Positions 45,623 through 55,871 of a stretch of DNA of 58,814 nucleotides are shown one piece after another. This stretch comes from a virus. Lineage: Duplodnaviria > Caudoviricetes. Where the stretch lies: IMG/VR virus record IMGVR_UViG_3300011335_000231, positions 1 to 58,814 of that record. One strand, written 5' to 3'. The translations under genes and the position numbers were made by a program. The first letter of the stretch is position 1. Each line of letters begins with the position of its first letter. The notes beneath the pieces are model-generated. The model had not been told where the DNA came from and searched no databases. It was given only the letters and a program-made list of their open reading frames with translations.

Positions 45623-48600
45623 ATGGCAAAGATTATTGATGTAATTGGATATGGCCCTGTAGAGTTTCCAGATGGAATGTCTCAAGAGGATATGATGGTG
45701 GCTTTAAAGAAGCTACCTCCTCCTCCATCTGCACCTACACAACAAACACAAGCCGCTACACCAGCGGCTGTTCCTTCTGCCCCTGCTGAAAAGCCTCCAG
45801 AAGATTTAACTAAAGCTGCCTTTGGCATTGCTCCTCGCCAAAGAGCTACAGTATTACAAGAAAGAGCAGCAACTATCCGCAAAGAAGAAGAACAGAAGAT
45901 TCCTTTTGATGCTTTGTGGAAAGATGATAAGAACTTTAAAACCATTCAAGACTATGCCGCTGCTCGGTTTGGTAAGGAAGGTGTACCTCTTGCAGGTGAA
46001 ACAAAGCAAGACTATGTCAATCGTTTTGCTACCCACATGCGTATGCTTGATACGGGCAATGAACTTAATAGTGTAGGAGAGCTACAGTATTTAAATAATG
46101 CTAAGCAAGAAGATGTTTTAAAAGCTGGCGCAGCTTATGAATTATTTAAGAACACTGCTGGTGTATTTGATGAACAGAACAGAGGACAAAAAGGGTTCCG
46201 TCCAGTGATGGATGTTATCTCTAGTATTGTTAGTAGTCCGTCTACAGCCCTCACTCTTGGTACAGGTAAGATTGTTAGTAGTGGTTTAACAAAACTAGCA
46301 GCAGAGAAGGGTACTAAAGCTGCCATCACTTCAGCCAAAGGCATCGGCATGGCTACTGCTACTCCTGCTGTTGGTGGTGTTACCACCGCTGCTCAGGATG
46401 TAACCTCACAGAAGATTGAATTGAATGTAGCTCAAGCTGAATTGACTGAAGCTAAGAAGATTGAACCTACCACACTAGATGCTACAGGACAGGCTCTATT
46501 GAAGACTTATGTTGAAGATAGACAGAAGAAACTAGAAGAAGGTGTTAGTGGTAAGCGAGTAGCTTTAGCTGGTGCTATTGGTGCTATCACTGAAACAGCA
46601 GAGGTATTACCTTTCTTGCGTGGAGCAGGTAAAGGAAAGACTAGTCAGCTAGATGACATTCTTAAAACTAGAAACAAACCAGCAGCAGGAGAACCAACAA
46701 CTCCTGCACCTAAGGTTGAAGTAACAGCTAAAGACCCAACAGAAAAAGCACTAGAAGATGCTTATGATATTTATGAGGGACGTAAGCTTCTTGATGCTCA
46801 AGGAAAACCCACATCTGTAGCTCAGATGGAAGTTAGAACAGATCTAAATAAAAGAGCTACACTAATTGCTCAAGACATTTGGAAACAGATTCCTGAGTTT
46901 GCACCACAGGCCACAGAGAAAGTGTCTGATGCTATTAAGCGTACATTTGAATCTGTAGACACCATTGATGATGTTGTATTTGAAAGAGCATTGGCTTCTG
47001 CTGATGTAACACCAGATGAATTTGCTAAGATGTTTAGAACTTCAGCGGGTGATGCTGCTCGTTCTTTGCAGAGCTTGTCTGTAGTTGCTCGTCTACAAAA
47101 CAAACTGAAGAACATTGATCCTGCTGCTGCTGCAGAGCTTAACAAGATGTATGGTGATAGAGGTGCTATCACTTCTGCTTTCACTGGGATCAAAGACTTT
47201 GGTATGCGTCTTGACAGAGAGCTAAAGGGATTGATGGTGTCACAACTATCTACCACTATTCGTAATGCTTTCTCTGGTGTTTCTGTCATTACATTTGGAA
47301 CAGCAGCAGAAGCTATTGAATCTTCTTTATATCGTATAGGTAAGACAGCAGGTGAACTAGCTACAGGTAAGCCTATCACTGGTAGTTTTACTGGTGGTAT
47401 TAAAGGTGTCTATGATGATGCAGTTAGATCTGCTTTCTATTTAGGCCAGAAAGATTTATCTGCTGAAGTTACTGAATCTTTGTTAAATGGTACACCAGCT
47501 CTGTATAGAAAGATGATTAAGACAACAGGTGAAGCTGGTCCTAATGACTTGTCCTATCCTGTTCGTCTTGCTAACACATTCAATGTGGCACAGGATGCTT
47601 TCTTCCGTAAGGCTATGTTTACTTCCTCAGTAGCGAAGCAGCTTAGCCGTGTTGGTATTAACATGTATGATGTGATGGCACAAGGTAAGCAAGTACCTTT
47701 TGATGTGTTACAGAATGCTGTCAATGAAGCACTCACTGGTACATTCAGTAAGATGCCCACCAAAGGTCCGATGTTCCATGCTGTCAAGTTTATTGAAGAG
47801 CTTGGCCCTGTTGGCTCTACAGTTATTCCTTTCCCTCGCTTCATGGCTAATGCTATGGAGTGGACATATAAGCACATGCCTACTGGTGTGTTATCTGGTA
47901 GCACAGACATTGCTGCTGGCCTCACTAAGATGGCTAAAGGTGAGGCAGACATGGGGACTAAACAAGTCACTATGGGCCTTGAGAACTTCTCTAAAGGTGC
48001 TGTAGGCACTGCTGCCTTATATGCTGCTTATAAATACAGAGAACAAAACCAAGACACAGAATGGTACAACAGTAAGAATCCTGATGGCTCCACTGTAGAC
48101 ATGAGAGCCTTGTTTCCTGCTGCTCCTTTCTTAGCCTTAGGTGACTACCTTGTTAAGTTTAACAAAGGTAGAACAGATGAGTTTAAAGCTAAAGAATTCT
48201 TAGAAGCTATGACTGGTTTCAAAGCACCAGCAGGTACATACTCGTGGCTTGGTGATAAGTTTGCTGAAGCTCAGGCTAATGCTGCTACTGGTGAAGACAC
48301 AGCAGATAACAAAGTTAAGACATTCTTTGGTGAATGGGTTGGTGAATATTTAGGTAGAGCACTTGTTCCTTTCCAACAGATCAGCGACATTGTTGGTGCT
48401 ATTGATCGTAATGAAACTTTACCTAGAGATGCTTATCAGATTCCAGCAGGAGAAGAAGGCTTTACTTCTTCAGCTACACAGCAGTTGATGAAGCGTACTC
48501 CTATATTGAAACAAGAGTTGCCTGTATATCAACCACCGCTTAGAGAGACAGCAGCATTTAATGATAATGGTCCATTGAAGATGTTGTCTGGTATTGCTGT

Positions 48601-50746
48601 GAAGGGTACACCATCTGTCTTAGAAGAAGAAGTAATTCGTCTTAAAGTACCCGGCAATAAAATCTTTACTAGCACTGGTGACAAGATTGTTGATGCTGAT
48701 GCCCGTAAGATTATGGCTCCATTGGTTATTGAACAGTTTGACAATCTTAAGAAGACTAGTTTCTATGCAGAAGGTAGCCAAGATTTACAGAAGGTTGCTC
48801 TTCAGAATCTGATTGGTTGGGCGCAAAGCACAGCTAAAGAAATTGCCACTAACAAATCTGAAGCAGCAGCTTATGCTGAAGGTAAGCAGCCTCGCTTGTA
48901 TGAAGTACAGTATTCTAAACTGGCTCCTGAGCTTAAGCGTGTTGTTAATGAGACATACCAACAACAGCAAGGTAAAGACTTAGCCACCACTAAAGACTAT
49001 GCCACTGCGTTGGCCTATGCTGAGGCTATGAGAGCTTTGCCGGGCTATGCCTATGGTGGGGTAGTACACATGGATCTTGGTGGCTTAGCTGCTAAGAAGA
49101 TTGTGGGGGAGGTAGCAGAAGCGGGCCTTAAAAAGGGAGCATTATCTCTAGGTGAGATTGTTGCTAAGCATTCTATTGCCCCTGTTGTAGAACAAACAGC
49201 ACAGGTATTAGCTACCCCTACTGCTAAGGTTAAAAGCAAAGCTAGTGCTGCTATCTCTCAGCCTAAGCCTGTTGATGCTGAGATGGAGAAGCTGGTATCA
49301 GAAGCTGAAGCTTCATTCACACCACCACCTAAGGTAGAGCCAGAGGTGGTTCCAAAGATTAAGACAGAGCTTCCTATGGAGGCTGCTGTTCCTATGTCTC
49401 CTTATAAGAAGGGGCTAGTTGAGGGTGATTTAAATAAAGACAAGTATGGATTTAGCAGAGACTCAGACATCATCTCAGATTTTGAGGTTCGGCAGAATAC
49501 ATTGACTGCTATTAAGCAAATGAGAACAGATGCTTTTGATAAGCTGATTGAGATGCCTAACGTGGCAGGTAAGATTGAGGATGATGTTATTGCTGTAGCT
49601 CAGGGCGAATACAGAGCAGCCAAGGGTAAAGAAGTGGATGTTAATGATCCAAAAGCTGTAGAAGATTTTGTTTCTTTCTCTATGCCTTTACAAGATAAAT
49701 TAAACAAGCTTAGAGAACAATATAAAGATAGACCACCTAAGGTGCTTTATCATGGATCAGAATATAACACATCAGAGAGGGCTACTAAAGGCTTTATAGA
49801 TCCTCAGACACTATCACAAGAGGCTGCTGGACAGAGGGAGATGGGGATAGGAGCAACATCTTTTACCGATGATGCTAGATTTAACTATGCTAACACTAGC
49901 TTTGGTGGAACAAATCCTGAGAACATTGTACAGACAACTATTCCATATGCTGATTATGTGTTTAGAAGAATCAACATGTCTAGAAATCAGTATAAGAAAA
50001 AAGAAGATATGGCAGATATGAATACTGTTGCTAGGTCTATTACTGGATCTCCTACAGTGGCTCGTCCCTTAGGACTTCCTAGATCTATTGGTATGAAAGA
50101 ATCTGAAGATGCTTTCACAGAAAGTGAGAAGCTGGCTATCACTAGAAACATGTATGAGACAGAAAAGAAAACTCCTTTGTTTAAGCAACAAGAAGAAACA
50201 TTTAGAAACTCATTTAAAAATCTAGAAGAGCTGAAGAAAAACTACCTATCTCCAGAATCTCTGAAACCTATTAAAGAAGGCGGGCTAGGTAGTGAAGAAG
50301 TACAGGCGTTAAAAGCTTATCGTCTTATTCGTGGCCTCATTAGAAATGAGTTTAAAGAGACTGGTAATAAAGCTGTTAGTGAAGCTGGCTTAACACCTAT
50401 TGTTACTAGTAATCAAACAACAGCTGCTAGATTAAATAGACTAGCTAGATCTTGGTATGAATTTAAATTAGATTTACCTACATTTATTCCTGATGTTATT
50501 GAATCATTAGAAAAAGCAGGTAGTAAAGATAAGGCCGAGGCTCTTAAAGCATTACAAAAACAATTTAATACATTGCGTAAGAACACTGTTGATTCAAGTA
50601 GTCCTAATGCTGAGATGTCTTCTGCTGTTAAGCAAGAGACTGAGGCAGTAAATAATATTAGAGACTTAGTAGGTGGAAGCTACAGAGAGAAAGAAACTAA
50701 GAAGAGAATTGGCTTAGCTAGGGGTGGCCTCGCTAGTCGTAGGTAA
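45623..50746 (+). CDS. Large internal virion protein (1707 aa) with a possible C-terminal ART-like domain
   Basis: Last late gene; IPF.RF motif; C-terminal LYHGS..GATSFT..ESE. Confidence 0.75.
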   Translation: MAKIIDVIGYGPVEFPDGMSQEDMMVALKKLPPPPSAPTQQTQAATPAAVPSAPAEKPPEDLTKAAFGIAPRQRATVLQERAATIRKEEEQKIPFDALWKDDKNFKTIQDYAAARFGKEGVPLAGETKQDYVNRFATHMRMLDTGNELNSVGELQYLNNAKQEDVLKAGAAYELFKNTAGVFDEQNRGQKGFRPVMDVISSIVSSPSTALTLGTGKIVSSGLTKLAAEKGTKAAITSAKGIGMATATPAVGGVTTAAQDVTSQKIELNVAQAELTEAKKIEPTTLDATGQALLKTYVEDRQKKLEEGVSGKRVALAGAIGAITETAEVLPFLRGAGKGKTSQLDDILKTRNKPAAGEPTTPAPKVEVTAKDPTEKALEDAYDIYEGRKLLDAQGKPTSVAQMEVRTDLNKRATLIAQDIWKQIPEFAPQATEKVSDAIKRTFESVDTIDDVVFERALASADVTPDEFAKMFRTSAGDAARSLQSLSVVARLQNKLKNIDPAAAAELNKMYGDRGAITSAFTGIKDFGMRLDRELKGLMVSQLSTTIRNAFSGVSVITFGTAAEAIESSLYRIGKTAGELATGKPITGSFTGGIKGVYDDAVRSAFYLGQKDLSAEVTESLLNGTPALYRKMIKTTGEAGPNDLSYPVRLANTFNVAQDAFFRKAMFTSSVAKQLSRVGINMYDVMAQGKQVPFDVLQNAVNEALTGTFSKMPTKGPMFHAVKFIEELGPVGSTVIPFPRFMANAMEWTYKHMPTGVLSGSTDIAAGLTKMAKGEADMGTKQVTMGLENFSKGAVGTAALYAAYKYREQNQDTEWYNSKNPDGSTVDMRALFPAAPFLALGDYLVKFNKGRTDEFKAKEFLEAMTGFKAPAGTYSWLGDKFAEAQANAATGEDTADNKVKTFFGEWVGEYLGRALVPFQQISDIVGAIDRNETLPRDAYQIPAGEEGFTSSATQQLMKRTPILKQELPVYQPPLRETAAFNDNGPLKMLSGIAVKGTPSVLEEEVIRLKVPGNKIFTSTGDKIVDADARKIMAPLVIEQFDNLKKTSFYAEGSQDLQKVALQNLIGWAQSTAKEIATNKSEAAAYAEGKQPRLYEVQYSKLAPELKRVVNETYQQQQGKDLATTKDYATALAYAEAMRALPGYAYGGVVHMDLGGLAAKKIVGEVAEAGLKKGALSLGEIVAKHSIAPVVEQTAQVLATPTAKVKSKASAAISQPKPVDAEMEKLVSEAEASFTPPPKVEPEVVPKIKTELPMEAAVPMSPYKKGLVEGDLNKDKYGFSRDSDIISDFEVRQNTLTAIKQMRTDAFDKLIEMPNVAGKIEDDVIAVAQGEYRAAKGKEVDVNDPKAVEDFVSFSMPLQDKLNKLREQYKDRPPKVLYHGSEYNTSERATKGFIDPQTLSQEAAGQREMGIGATSFTDDARFNYANTSFGGTNPENIVQTTIPYADYVFRRINMSRNQYKKKEDMADMNTVARSITGSPTVARPLGLPRSIGMKESEDAFTESEKLAITRNMYETEKKTPLFKQQEETFRNSFKNLEELKKNYLSPESLKPIKEGGLGSEEVQALKAYRLIRGLIRNEFKETGNKAVSEAGLTPIVTSNQTTAARLNRLARSWYEFKLDLPTFIPDVIESLEKAGSKDKAEALKALQKQFNTLRKNTVDSSSPNAEMSSAVKQETEAVNNIRDLVGGSYREKETKKRIGLARGGLASRR

Positions 50747-51172
50747 TACAACATGAGATAGTCTATCAAGAGGAACCTTGTAAAAGAGTTCACCTTGGTA
50801 GACATATTTATTTCTAGACTCTTTAACTTCTGAAGCTAACACAGCAGCAGCTTCGCAATGAAACAGTGCTGTGCCATCTTTGTTAATAGAGAAGAAGTGT
50901 GTAGGCATCTCTTGTGTTAAGAGCTTCTTCTTCCTAGCAGGTACATTCAAATCTTCATAGGGAAACTCTACAGTTTTCCATGACAGTCTGACTTCTACCT
51001 CAGCATACCCCACCAACAAGTCATCTTTGTATAGATGCAAGTCAACCCCGTACCTGTCAGGATTATCTCTAGCTTCCATACCCCAAAAAGAAGAGACATA
51101 GCTCTTAACTATATCTCTTCCAAACTTGTCGTAGGTGTCGTGAAGTTCTTTATCAAACCGCTTGGTAGCCAT
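50714..51172 (-). CDS. PD-(D/E)xK-like nuclease
   Basis: YGVDL..AEVEVR..W; start MATKR. Confidence 0.6.
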   Translation of the reverse strand: MATKRFDKELHDTYDKFGRDIVKSYVSSFWGMEARDNPDRYGVDLHLYKDDLLVGYAEVEVRLSWKTVEFPYEDLNVPARKKKLLTQEMPTHFFSINKDGTALFHCEAAAVLASEVKESRNKYVYQGELFYKVPLDRLSHVVLPTTSEATPS

Positions 51173-51341
51173 TAAGTCTTTCAATGTTATCAAAGTAGCC
51201 ACGATCAAATCCTCGTTGCCACTCTTTACCTGCCACAGATGATGGTTCATATTGATTGACCAACCATCCATGTCTGAAAGCTTTATAGCCTTGTTCAAAT
51301 TGAATACGCAATGGTGCAGATCGTTCAGACTTGACTTGCAT
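51153..51341 (-). CDS. Small protein with RMF-like motif
   Basis: FEQGYKAF..NQY..EWQRGF. Confidence 0.6.
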   Translation of the reverse strand: MQVKSERSAPLRIQFEQGYKAFRHGWLVNQYEPSSVAGKEWQRGFDRGYFDNIERLNGYQAV

Positions 51342-51342
51342 G

Positions 51343-51549
51343 TTATTCCCCTGTAGGTTTGTTACCTTTAATGAGTTCACCAATCTCTTCAAACTCACCA
51401 ATATAGATACTAAGAAAAGGCAACTTGATTAGTATACCACTATAAGAAAACAATTTATCATGTGGTCCACCATCATCAATGATGTGGCAGATGGTGTCAT
51501 TGAATTCAATATCAAGTCCAATGCCCTGTCTTAGTTCTACAACAATCAT
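51343..51549 (-). CDS. Hypothetical protein
   Basis: ATGA overlap with nrdB. Confidence 0.7.
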   Translation of the reverse strand: MIVVELRQGIGLDIEFNDTICHIIDDGGPHDKLFSYSGILIKLPFLSIYIGEFEEIGELIKGNKPTGE

Positions 51550-52505
51550 GCTGCTTTACCCCATACATCATCCCATGTACCTGTGGTAGCACCCTTGCTG
51601 TAGTCTGTTACACGCTGCTCAAAGAAGTTGGTGTGGCTAACACCAAGCATACCATCTACCCACGGCAGAGGATTCTTCTTAATCTTGTAGATGCCTTTCA
51701 TCCCCATAGAGATGAGTCTACGATCTGCAATGTAGCGAATATATTGCTTCACTTCTTCTTTCGTAAGCTTCTCAACTTCAACCATTGAAAAAGCCAGATC
51801 CACAAACTGATCCTCCAGACCCACCATTTGATCTGCAATTTCTTTGATGCGATCCGAAGTCGTTTCATCCTGATGGTGCTTAACATACTCACGATAAACC
51901 TTAATCATACCTTCAGCATGCTGTGTCTCATCCACTATGGACCAAGCAATGATCTGACCTAGTCCTTTAAGCTTACCATTCCTTGCAAAATTAAGCAACA
52001 TAACAAAGCTAGAGAAGAGCTGCATGCCCTCACCAAATGCAGAGATGGCAGCAATCTTCTCAGCCATTGGTGCTGCACTAAGATTGTTAATGTAGTCGTG
52101 CTTCTCCACCATCTCCTTATACTGCAGGAATTCATTGTAGGTAGACTCAGGTAAGCCTAAGGTTTCAATGAGGTGGGCATATGCTGCTACATGCAGAGCT
52201 TCCCTACTGGCAAAGCCACTCATCATCATTCGCACTTCAGGCTGCTTGAACACAGGGATGTAGTGGTCATGATAACCACTGCCAATGTCCAAGTCACCCT
52301 GTACAAAGAAGCGTAATATCTTTGTTAAAAACTCCTGCTCATGGCTGCTCAGTTTCTTATAGTCTTTAACATCCTCAGACATAGGAACTTCTGTATGAAG
52401 CCAATGGCTCTGCTCATGCTGCAGCCAAGCGTCATATGCCCAAGGATATTTAAAGGGTTTGAATGTTGTACGCTCTTGCGTAATATCTATCTTAGTCTTT
52501 ACCAT
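51546..52505 (-). CDS. nrdB: Ribonucleotide reductase class Ia beta subunit
   Basis: FF..GD, EALH...Y (radical Tyr), EGMQLFSSF, DE..H, NFFE. Confidence 0.95.
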   Translation of the reverse strand: MVKTKIDITQERTTFKPFKYPWAYDAWLQHEQSHWLHTEVPMSEDVKDYKKLSSHEQEFLTKILRFFVQGDLDIGSGYHDHYIPVFKQPEVRMMMSGFASREALHVAAYAHLIETLGLPESTYNEFLQYKEMVEKHDYINNLSAAPMAEKIAAISAFGEGMQLFSSFVMLLNFARNGKLKGLGQIIAWSIVDETQHAEGMIKVYREYVKHHQDETTSDRIKEIADQMVGLEDQFVDLAFSMVEVEKLTKEEVKQYIRYIADRRLISMGMKGIYKIKKNPLPWVDGMLGVSHTNFFEQRVTDYSKGATTGTWDDVWGKAA

Positions 52506-52506
52506 A

Positions 52507-54288
52507 TCAACCTTCACATGCTAAACAAGTTTCACCTTCTGCCACCTGCTTCAAATCAATGTCATCTTCAATCTTCTGACGTTTAATCTGAGCACCTACT
52601 TTATCTGCTTTACGCACCTTCTCTGAACGAAGATAGTATAGACTCTTTAGCCCACTCTTCCAAGCAAGGAAGTGGATGGCATGTAAGTATTTAATGGATA
52701 CATTGGCATGGAAGAACAGGTTAATGCTCTGGCCTTGGTCAATATATTTCTGTCTGTCTGCTGCAAGCTCAACCAACCAACGCTGATCAATTTCCATAGC
52801 AGTCTTAAACACTTCCTTCAATTGATCAGGAATGTCTAGGTGCTGTACAGATCCTTCGTTGCTGATGATGGATGCCCATGTGTCATCATCGTCAATACCC
52901 AGTGCAGCAAGTTGTGCTTTCAAGAACCTATTCTTGTATACGAATGCTCCACTGAGCGTGTCTTGGCGAAATATATTCGCTCTGTACGGCTCGACTGAAG
53001 GGCTAGTATTACCCATGATAAGGCTGCTACTAGCGTTAGGGGCAATAGCAGTATGATGACTAAACCTTCTACTAATATTGCCGTGACCAGCATCGATACA
53101 ACTACCACGCTGCTGCTCCAAGACAGAGTCAGCAAGGAGACACGAAGAATGAATGTGCTTAAAGATTTCATTGTTATAACTTTTAGCCATCACACCATCA
53201 ATGGCTACACCTTTCTTTTGTAATAAAGCATGGAAGCCTAGAGTACCTACACCAATGCTACGCTCCATCATTGCACTAAACTTAGCCCTAGCAATTGTTG
53301 AGGGTGCTTTGTCAATGAAGTATTGCAAGACATTGTCTAGCATTTCCATAACATCCAAGATGAACTGCTTATCATTCTTCCAGTCATCATAGTATTCCAA
53401 GTTAAGAGAAGACAAGCAACACACTGCTGTGCGTTTCTCGTTAGTAGGAAGGAAGATTTCTGTACATAAGTTGCTGCCATTAATCTTCAAGCCCTTGCTG
53501 CTCAACCACTTAGGCATAGCCTTGTTAGCTGTGTCAATGAAGACTAGGTACGGCTCACCTGTCTGCATGCGTAGGTCTAAGATTTTCTGCCATAGATATT
53601 TAGCAGATACTGTCTCTACCACCTCACCACTAGCAGGATTTTTAAGCTGAAAGCTGTCATCAAAGTCAGGGTCTTTCATGGCCTTCTCAATGATGGTCAT
53701 GAATTCATCAGTGATGTTGATGCCATGATGCAGGTTTAATGTGCGTACATTCTGATCACCAGTGGGCTTACGCATCTCCAGAAACTGGATGATGTCAGGG
53801 TGGTGGATGTCTAGATAGGCAGCATAGCTGCCCCGTCTCGTGCGTCCTTGACGGTAGGCCAATGAACTAGCATCATAGATCTTAAGGTGGGGCATAACAC
53901 CAGTAGACTTATCATCACCATTACGGATACCAACATGAACCCCGACACCACCACCATACATGGATAGCCAGTTAGTTTCTGATAGGTTATCGACCAAGCC
54001 TTCTGCACTATCATCCATATAGTTAAGGAAACAGCTAATAGGGAGACCACGCTTAGAGCGACCAAAAGATAGGATAGGTGTAGAGTAGCTAAGCCAGTGC
54101 TTACTACTGTAGTCGTACAGTCGTTGAGCATGTTCTTGATTTGAAGCAAACGATTCCGAAACATATGCAAATCTTTCTTGAGGACTGGCCTCTTCATCCT
54201 TCATATAACTTTCTCTCAATCTCTGAATACCAAGTTCATCAAACAAACTATCCCGAGACAGGTCAATGTTGACCTTAAACTTTGCCAT
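52507..54288 (-). CDS. nrdA: Ribonucleotide reductase class I alpha subunit (no ATP cone)
   Basis: SCFL, GGGVG, SNLCTEI, APNASSS, LYY, C-terminal CLAC. Confidence 0.95.
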   Translation of the reverse strand: MAKFKVNIDLSRDSLFDELGIQRLRESYMKDEEASPQERFAYVSESFASNQEHAQRLYDYSSKHWLSYSTPILSFGRSKRGLPISCFLNYMDDSAEGLVDNLSETNWLSMYGGGVGVHVGIRNGDDKSTGVMPHLKIYDASSLAYRQGRTRRGSYAAYLDIHHPDIIQFLEMRKPTGDQNVRTLNLHHGINITDEFMTIIEKAMKDPDFDDSFQLKNPASGEVVETVSAKYLWQKILDLRMQTGEPYLVFIDTANKAMPKWLSSKGLKINGSNLCTEIFLPTNEKRTAVCCLSSLNLEYYDDWKNDKQFILDVMEMLDNVLQYFIDKAPSTIARAKFSAMMERSIGVGTLGFHALLQKKGVAIDGVMAKSYNNEIFKHIHSSCLLADSVLEQQRGSCIDAGHGNISRRFSHHTAIAPNASSSLIMGNTSPSVEPYRANIFRQDTLSGAFVYKNRFLKAQLAALGIDDDDTWASIISNEGSVQHLDIPDQLKEVFKTAMEIDQRWLVELAADRQKYIDQGQSINLFFHANVSIKYLHAIHFLAWKSGLKSLYYLRSEKVRKADKVGAQIKRQKIEDDIDLKQVAEGETCLACEG

Positions 54289-54310
54289 AAAAATACTCCT
54301 GAAATGGTGG

Positions 54311-54333
54311 AAAAAATGGGAGCCGAAGCTCCC
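54311..54333 (-). terminator. Terminator-like hairpin between thyX and nrdA
   Basis: GGGAGC-TTCG-GCTCCC-ATTTTTT. Confidence 0.65.
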
Positions 54334-54377
54334 GAAAGGAAAGGTAGTTATACCTCAGATGGCTACTGCATGCTCTA

Positions 54378-54989
54378 TTAAAACAAGGATGGAAATAAGT
54401 TAGTTAGTACCACCTTACATTGATCTGCTACGTCACGATGTTCTTTCTGTGTTGCTTTATCACAGCGAATATCAACATAGTGCATCCAACTTCTAAGTGT
54501 ACCATTCATATACATTCTACTGGTGGTTAGTCCCTCAGGCAACACCTTTCGTGCTACTTCCTTAGCTATGCCAAGGCTCAATGCAGCCTCATAGGACTGC
54601 CTAGAAGCCACTAAAACATTTGTCTGTAGCTCATCCCATACCGCCATCAATTCACGGTCCTGTACAGGGATTGAGTTCTGTCTATTCTTGTTATCTTGTA
54701 GCCTCACCTCACTGGTTTGATAGCGTGAGGAAATGGCATAGCGTTGTGAGAATTCCTGAAAGCTAAAGCTTCTGTGTCGCAGGATTTGACGGGCAATGTC
54801 ACGGGTGGTTTCAATTTCCATACACACATTCACCATCTCAAATGGACTCCAGTGTTTGTTGTCCATCAAATACTTCAACAACTTAGGAGCTGTGTCAGGG
54901 CTGTCCTGATTCTCTGGGTTGCTCACCCTCGCCATGTACGCTATTAGGTGTTCCGCATTGGGTGTAGCCCAGATCAGTGTTACCGACAT
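54378..54989 (-). CDS. thyX: Flavin-dependent thymidylate synthase
   Basis: H.SPFE, RHRSFSFQEFSQRY, E.AR.VLP. Confidence 0.95.
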   Translation of the reverse strand: MSVTLIWATPNAEHLIAYMARVSNPENQDSPDTAPKLLKYLMDNKHWSPFEMVNVCMEIETTRDIARQILRHRSFSFQEFSQRYAISSRYQTSEVRLQDNKNRQNSIPVQDRELMAVWDELQTNVLVASRQSYEAALSLGIAKEVARKVLPEGLTTSRMYMNGTLRSWMHYVDIRCDKATQKEHRDVADQCKVVLTNLFPSLF

Positions 54990-55128
54990 ATTTAGCTCCT
55001 TCATTAACGCCATTCTTAAGTGCTGTAATTATACCGAGATTGAGTAAGAGGTTACGCTCTTCCCAGTTCAAATCAAAGTGATAGGTTGCACTACCATCAT
55101 CATGTTCTTCTAACATTTCTACATTCAT
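54895..55128 (-). CDS. Hypothetical protein
   Basis: EH.DGSA motif; ATGA overlap. Confidence 0.65.
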   Translation of the reverse strand: MNVEMLEEHDDGSATYHFDLNWEERNLLLNLGIITALKNGVNEGAKYVGNTDLGYTQCGTPNSVHGEGEQPRESGQP

Positions 55129-55508
55129 TTCTTTTTCCTTTCTGCTTTCTCTAGTTCTGTCTTCACTTTATGACAGGGCTTACACATCACTTGTAGGTTT
55201 TCTATCTCACAGAAGATACGATCAATGAACAAGTCCCAACTAACAAACCCTGTCTTAGGATCTACCACTGGTAACACATGATCAACTTGTACATCTGCTG
55301 CAACAAAGTGTTTCTTACATTTTGCACATTTGTAATGCATCGCCAGCTTGCCTGTCTTCTTGTTAGTCTTCCTACCAACGAAGGCTTCTTTCAAAGCCTT
55401 GAACTTAGGAGGCCAACGCCTAGATGCAGCTCGTAATGCAGAGGTGACGAAGCTTCTGAACCTAGAGTCAGTCCATTCACCACCATTCCTTTTTTTATTA
55501 TCTACCAA
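55125..55508 (-). CDS. HNH endonuclease (replication-module type)
   Basis: SALR..W, CAKC..VDH..P, NLQ..C..CH..K. Confidence 0.85.
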   Translation of the reverse strand: MVDNKKRNGGEWTDSRFRSFVTSALRAASRRWPPKFKALKEAFVGRKTNKKTGKLAMHYKCAKCKKHFVAADVQVDHVLPVVDPKTGFVSWDLFIDRIFCEIENLQVMCKPCHKVKTELEKAERKKK

Positions 55509-55698
55509 TTGGTGTATCTGCTAGGTGTGACATATCAGCAGCATCATAATGCACAAACAAATCCCTAGCTATCGCTAGTGCTTCGTCAATATCAAGAGCA
55601 ACGAACTCAGACAAATACTTATCGTATTCACCCTCAGCTACATGTTCAACAACATAGCCATTGCTTGCTTCTCTAATGGTTACAGAATTAACTTTCAT
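55498..55698 (-). CDS. Hypothetical protein
   Basis: 66 aa; NGY.V motif. Confidence 0.7.
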   Translation of the reverse strand: MKVNSVTIREASNGYVVEHVAEGEYDKYLSEFVALDIDEALAIARDLFVHYDAADMSHLADTPIGR

Positions 55699-55871
55699 TC
55701 TAGTCCTTCGATATCCACGAAACTAAAGATGACATCTTGTGCATCCATTCGTTCCAACGAAGCAGTTAAGTTTTCAGTGATGGCTTCACTCAGCACTTCT
55801 TCATTCAAGTAAACATTAGGAAGATCTTTAATTTTAAAGAATACTTTCAGATGAATATCAACAGAAATCAT
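55695..55871 (-). CDS. Hypothetical protein (58 aa)
   Basis: ATGA overlaps at both ends. Confidence 0.65.
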   Translation of the reverse strand: MISVDIHLKVFFKIKDLPNVYLNEEVLSEAITENLTASLERMDAQDVIFSFVDIEGLE

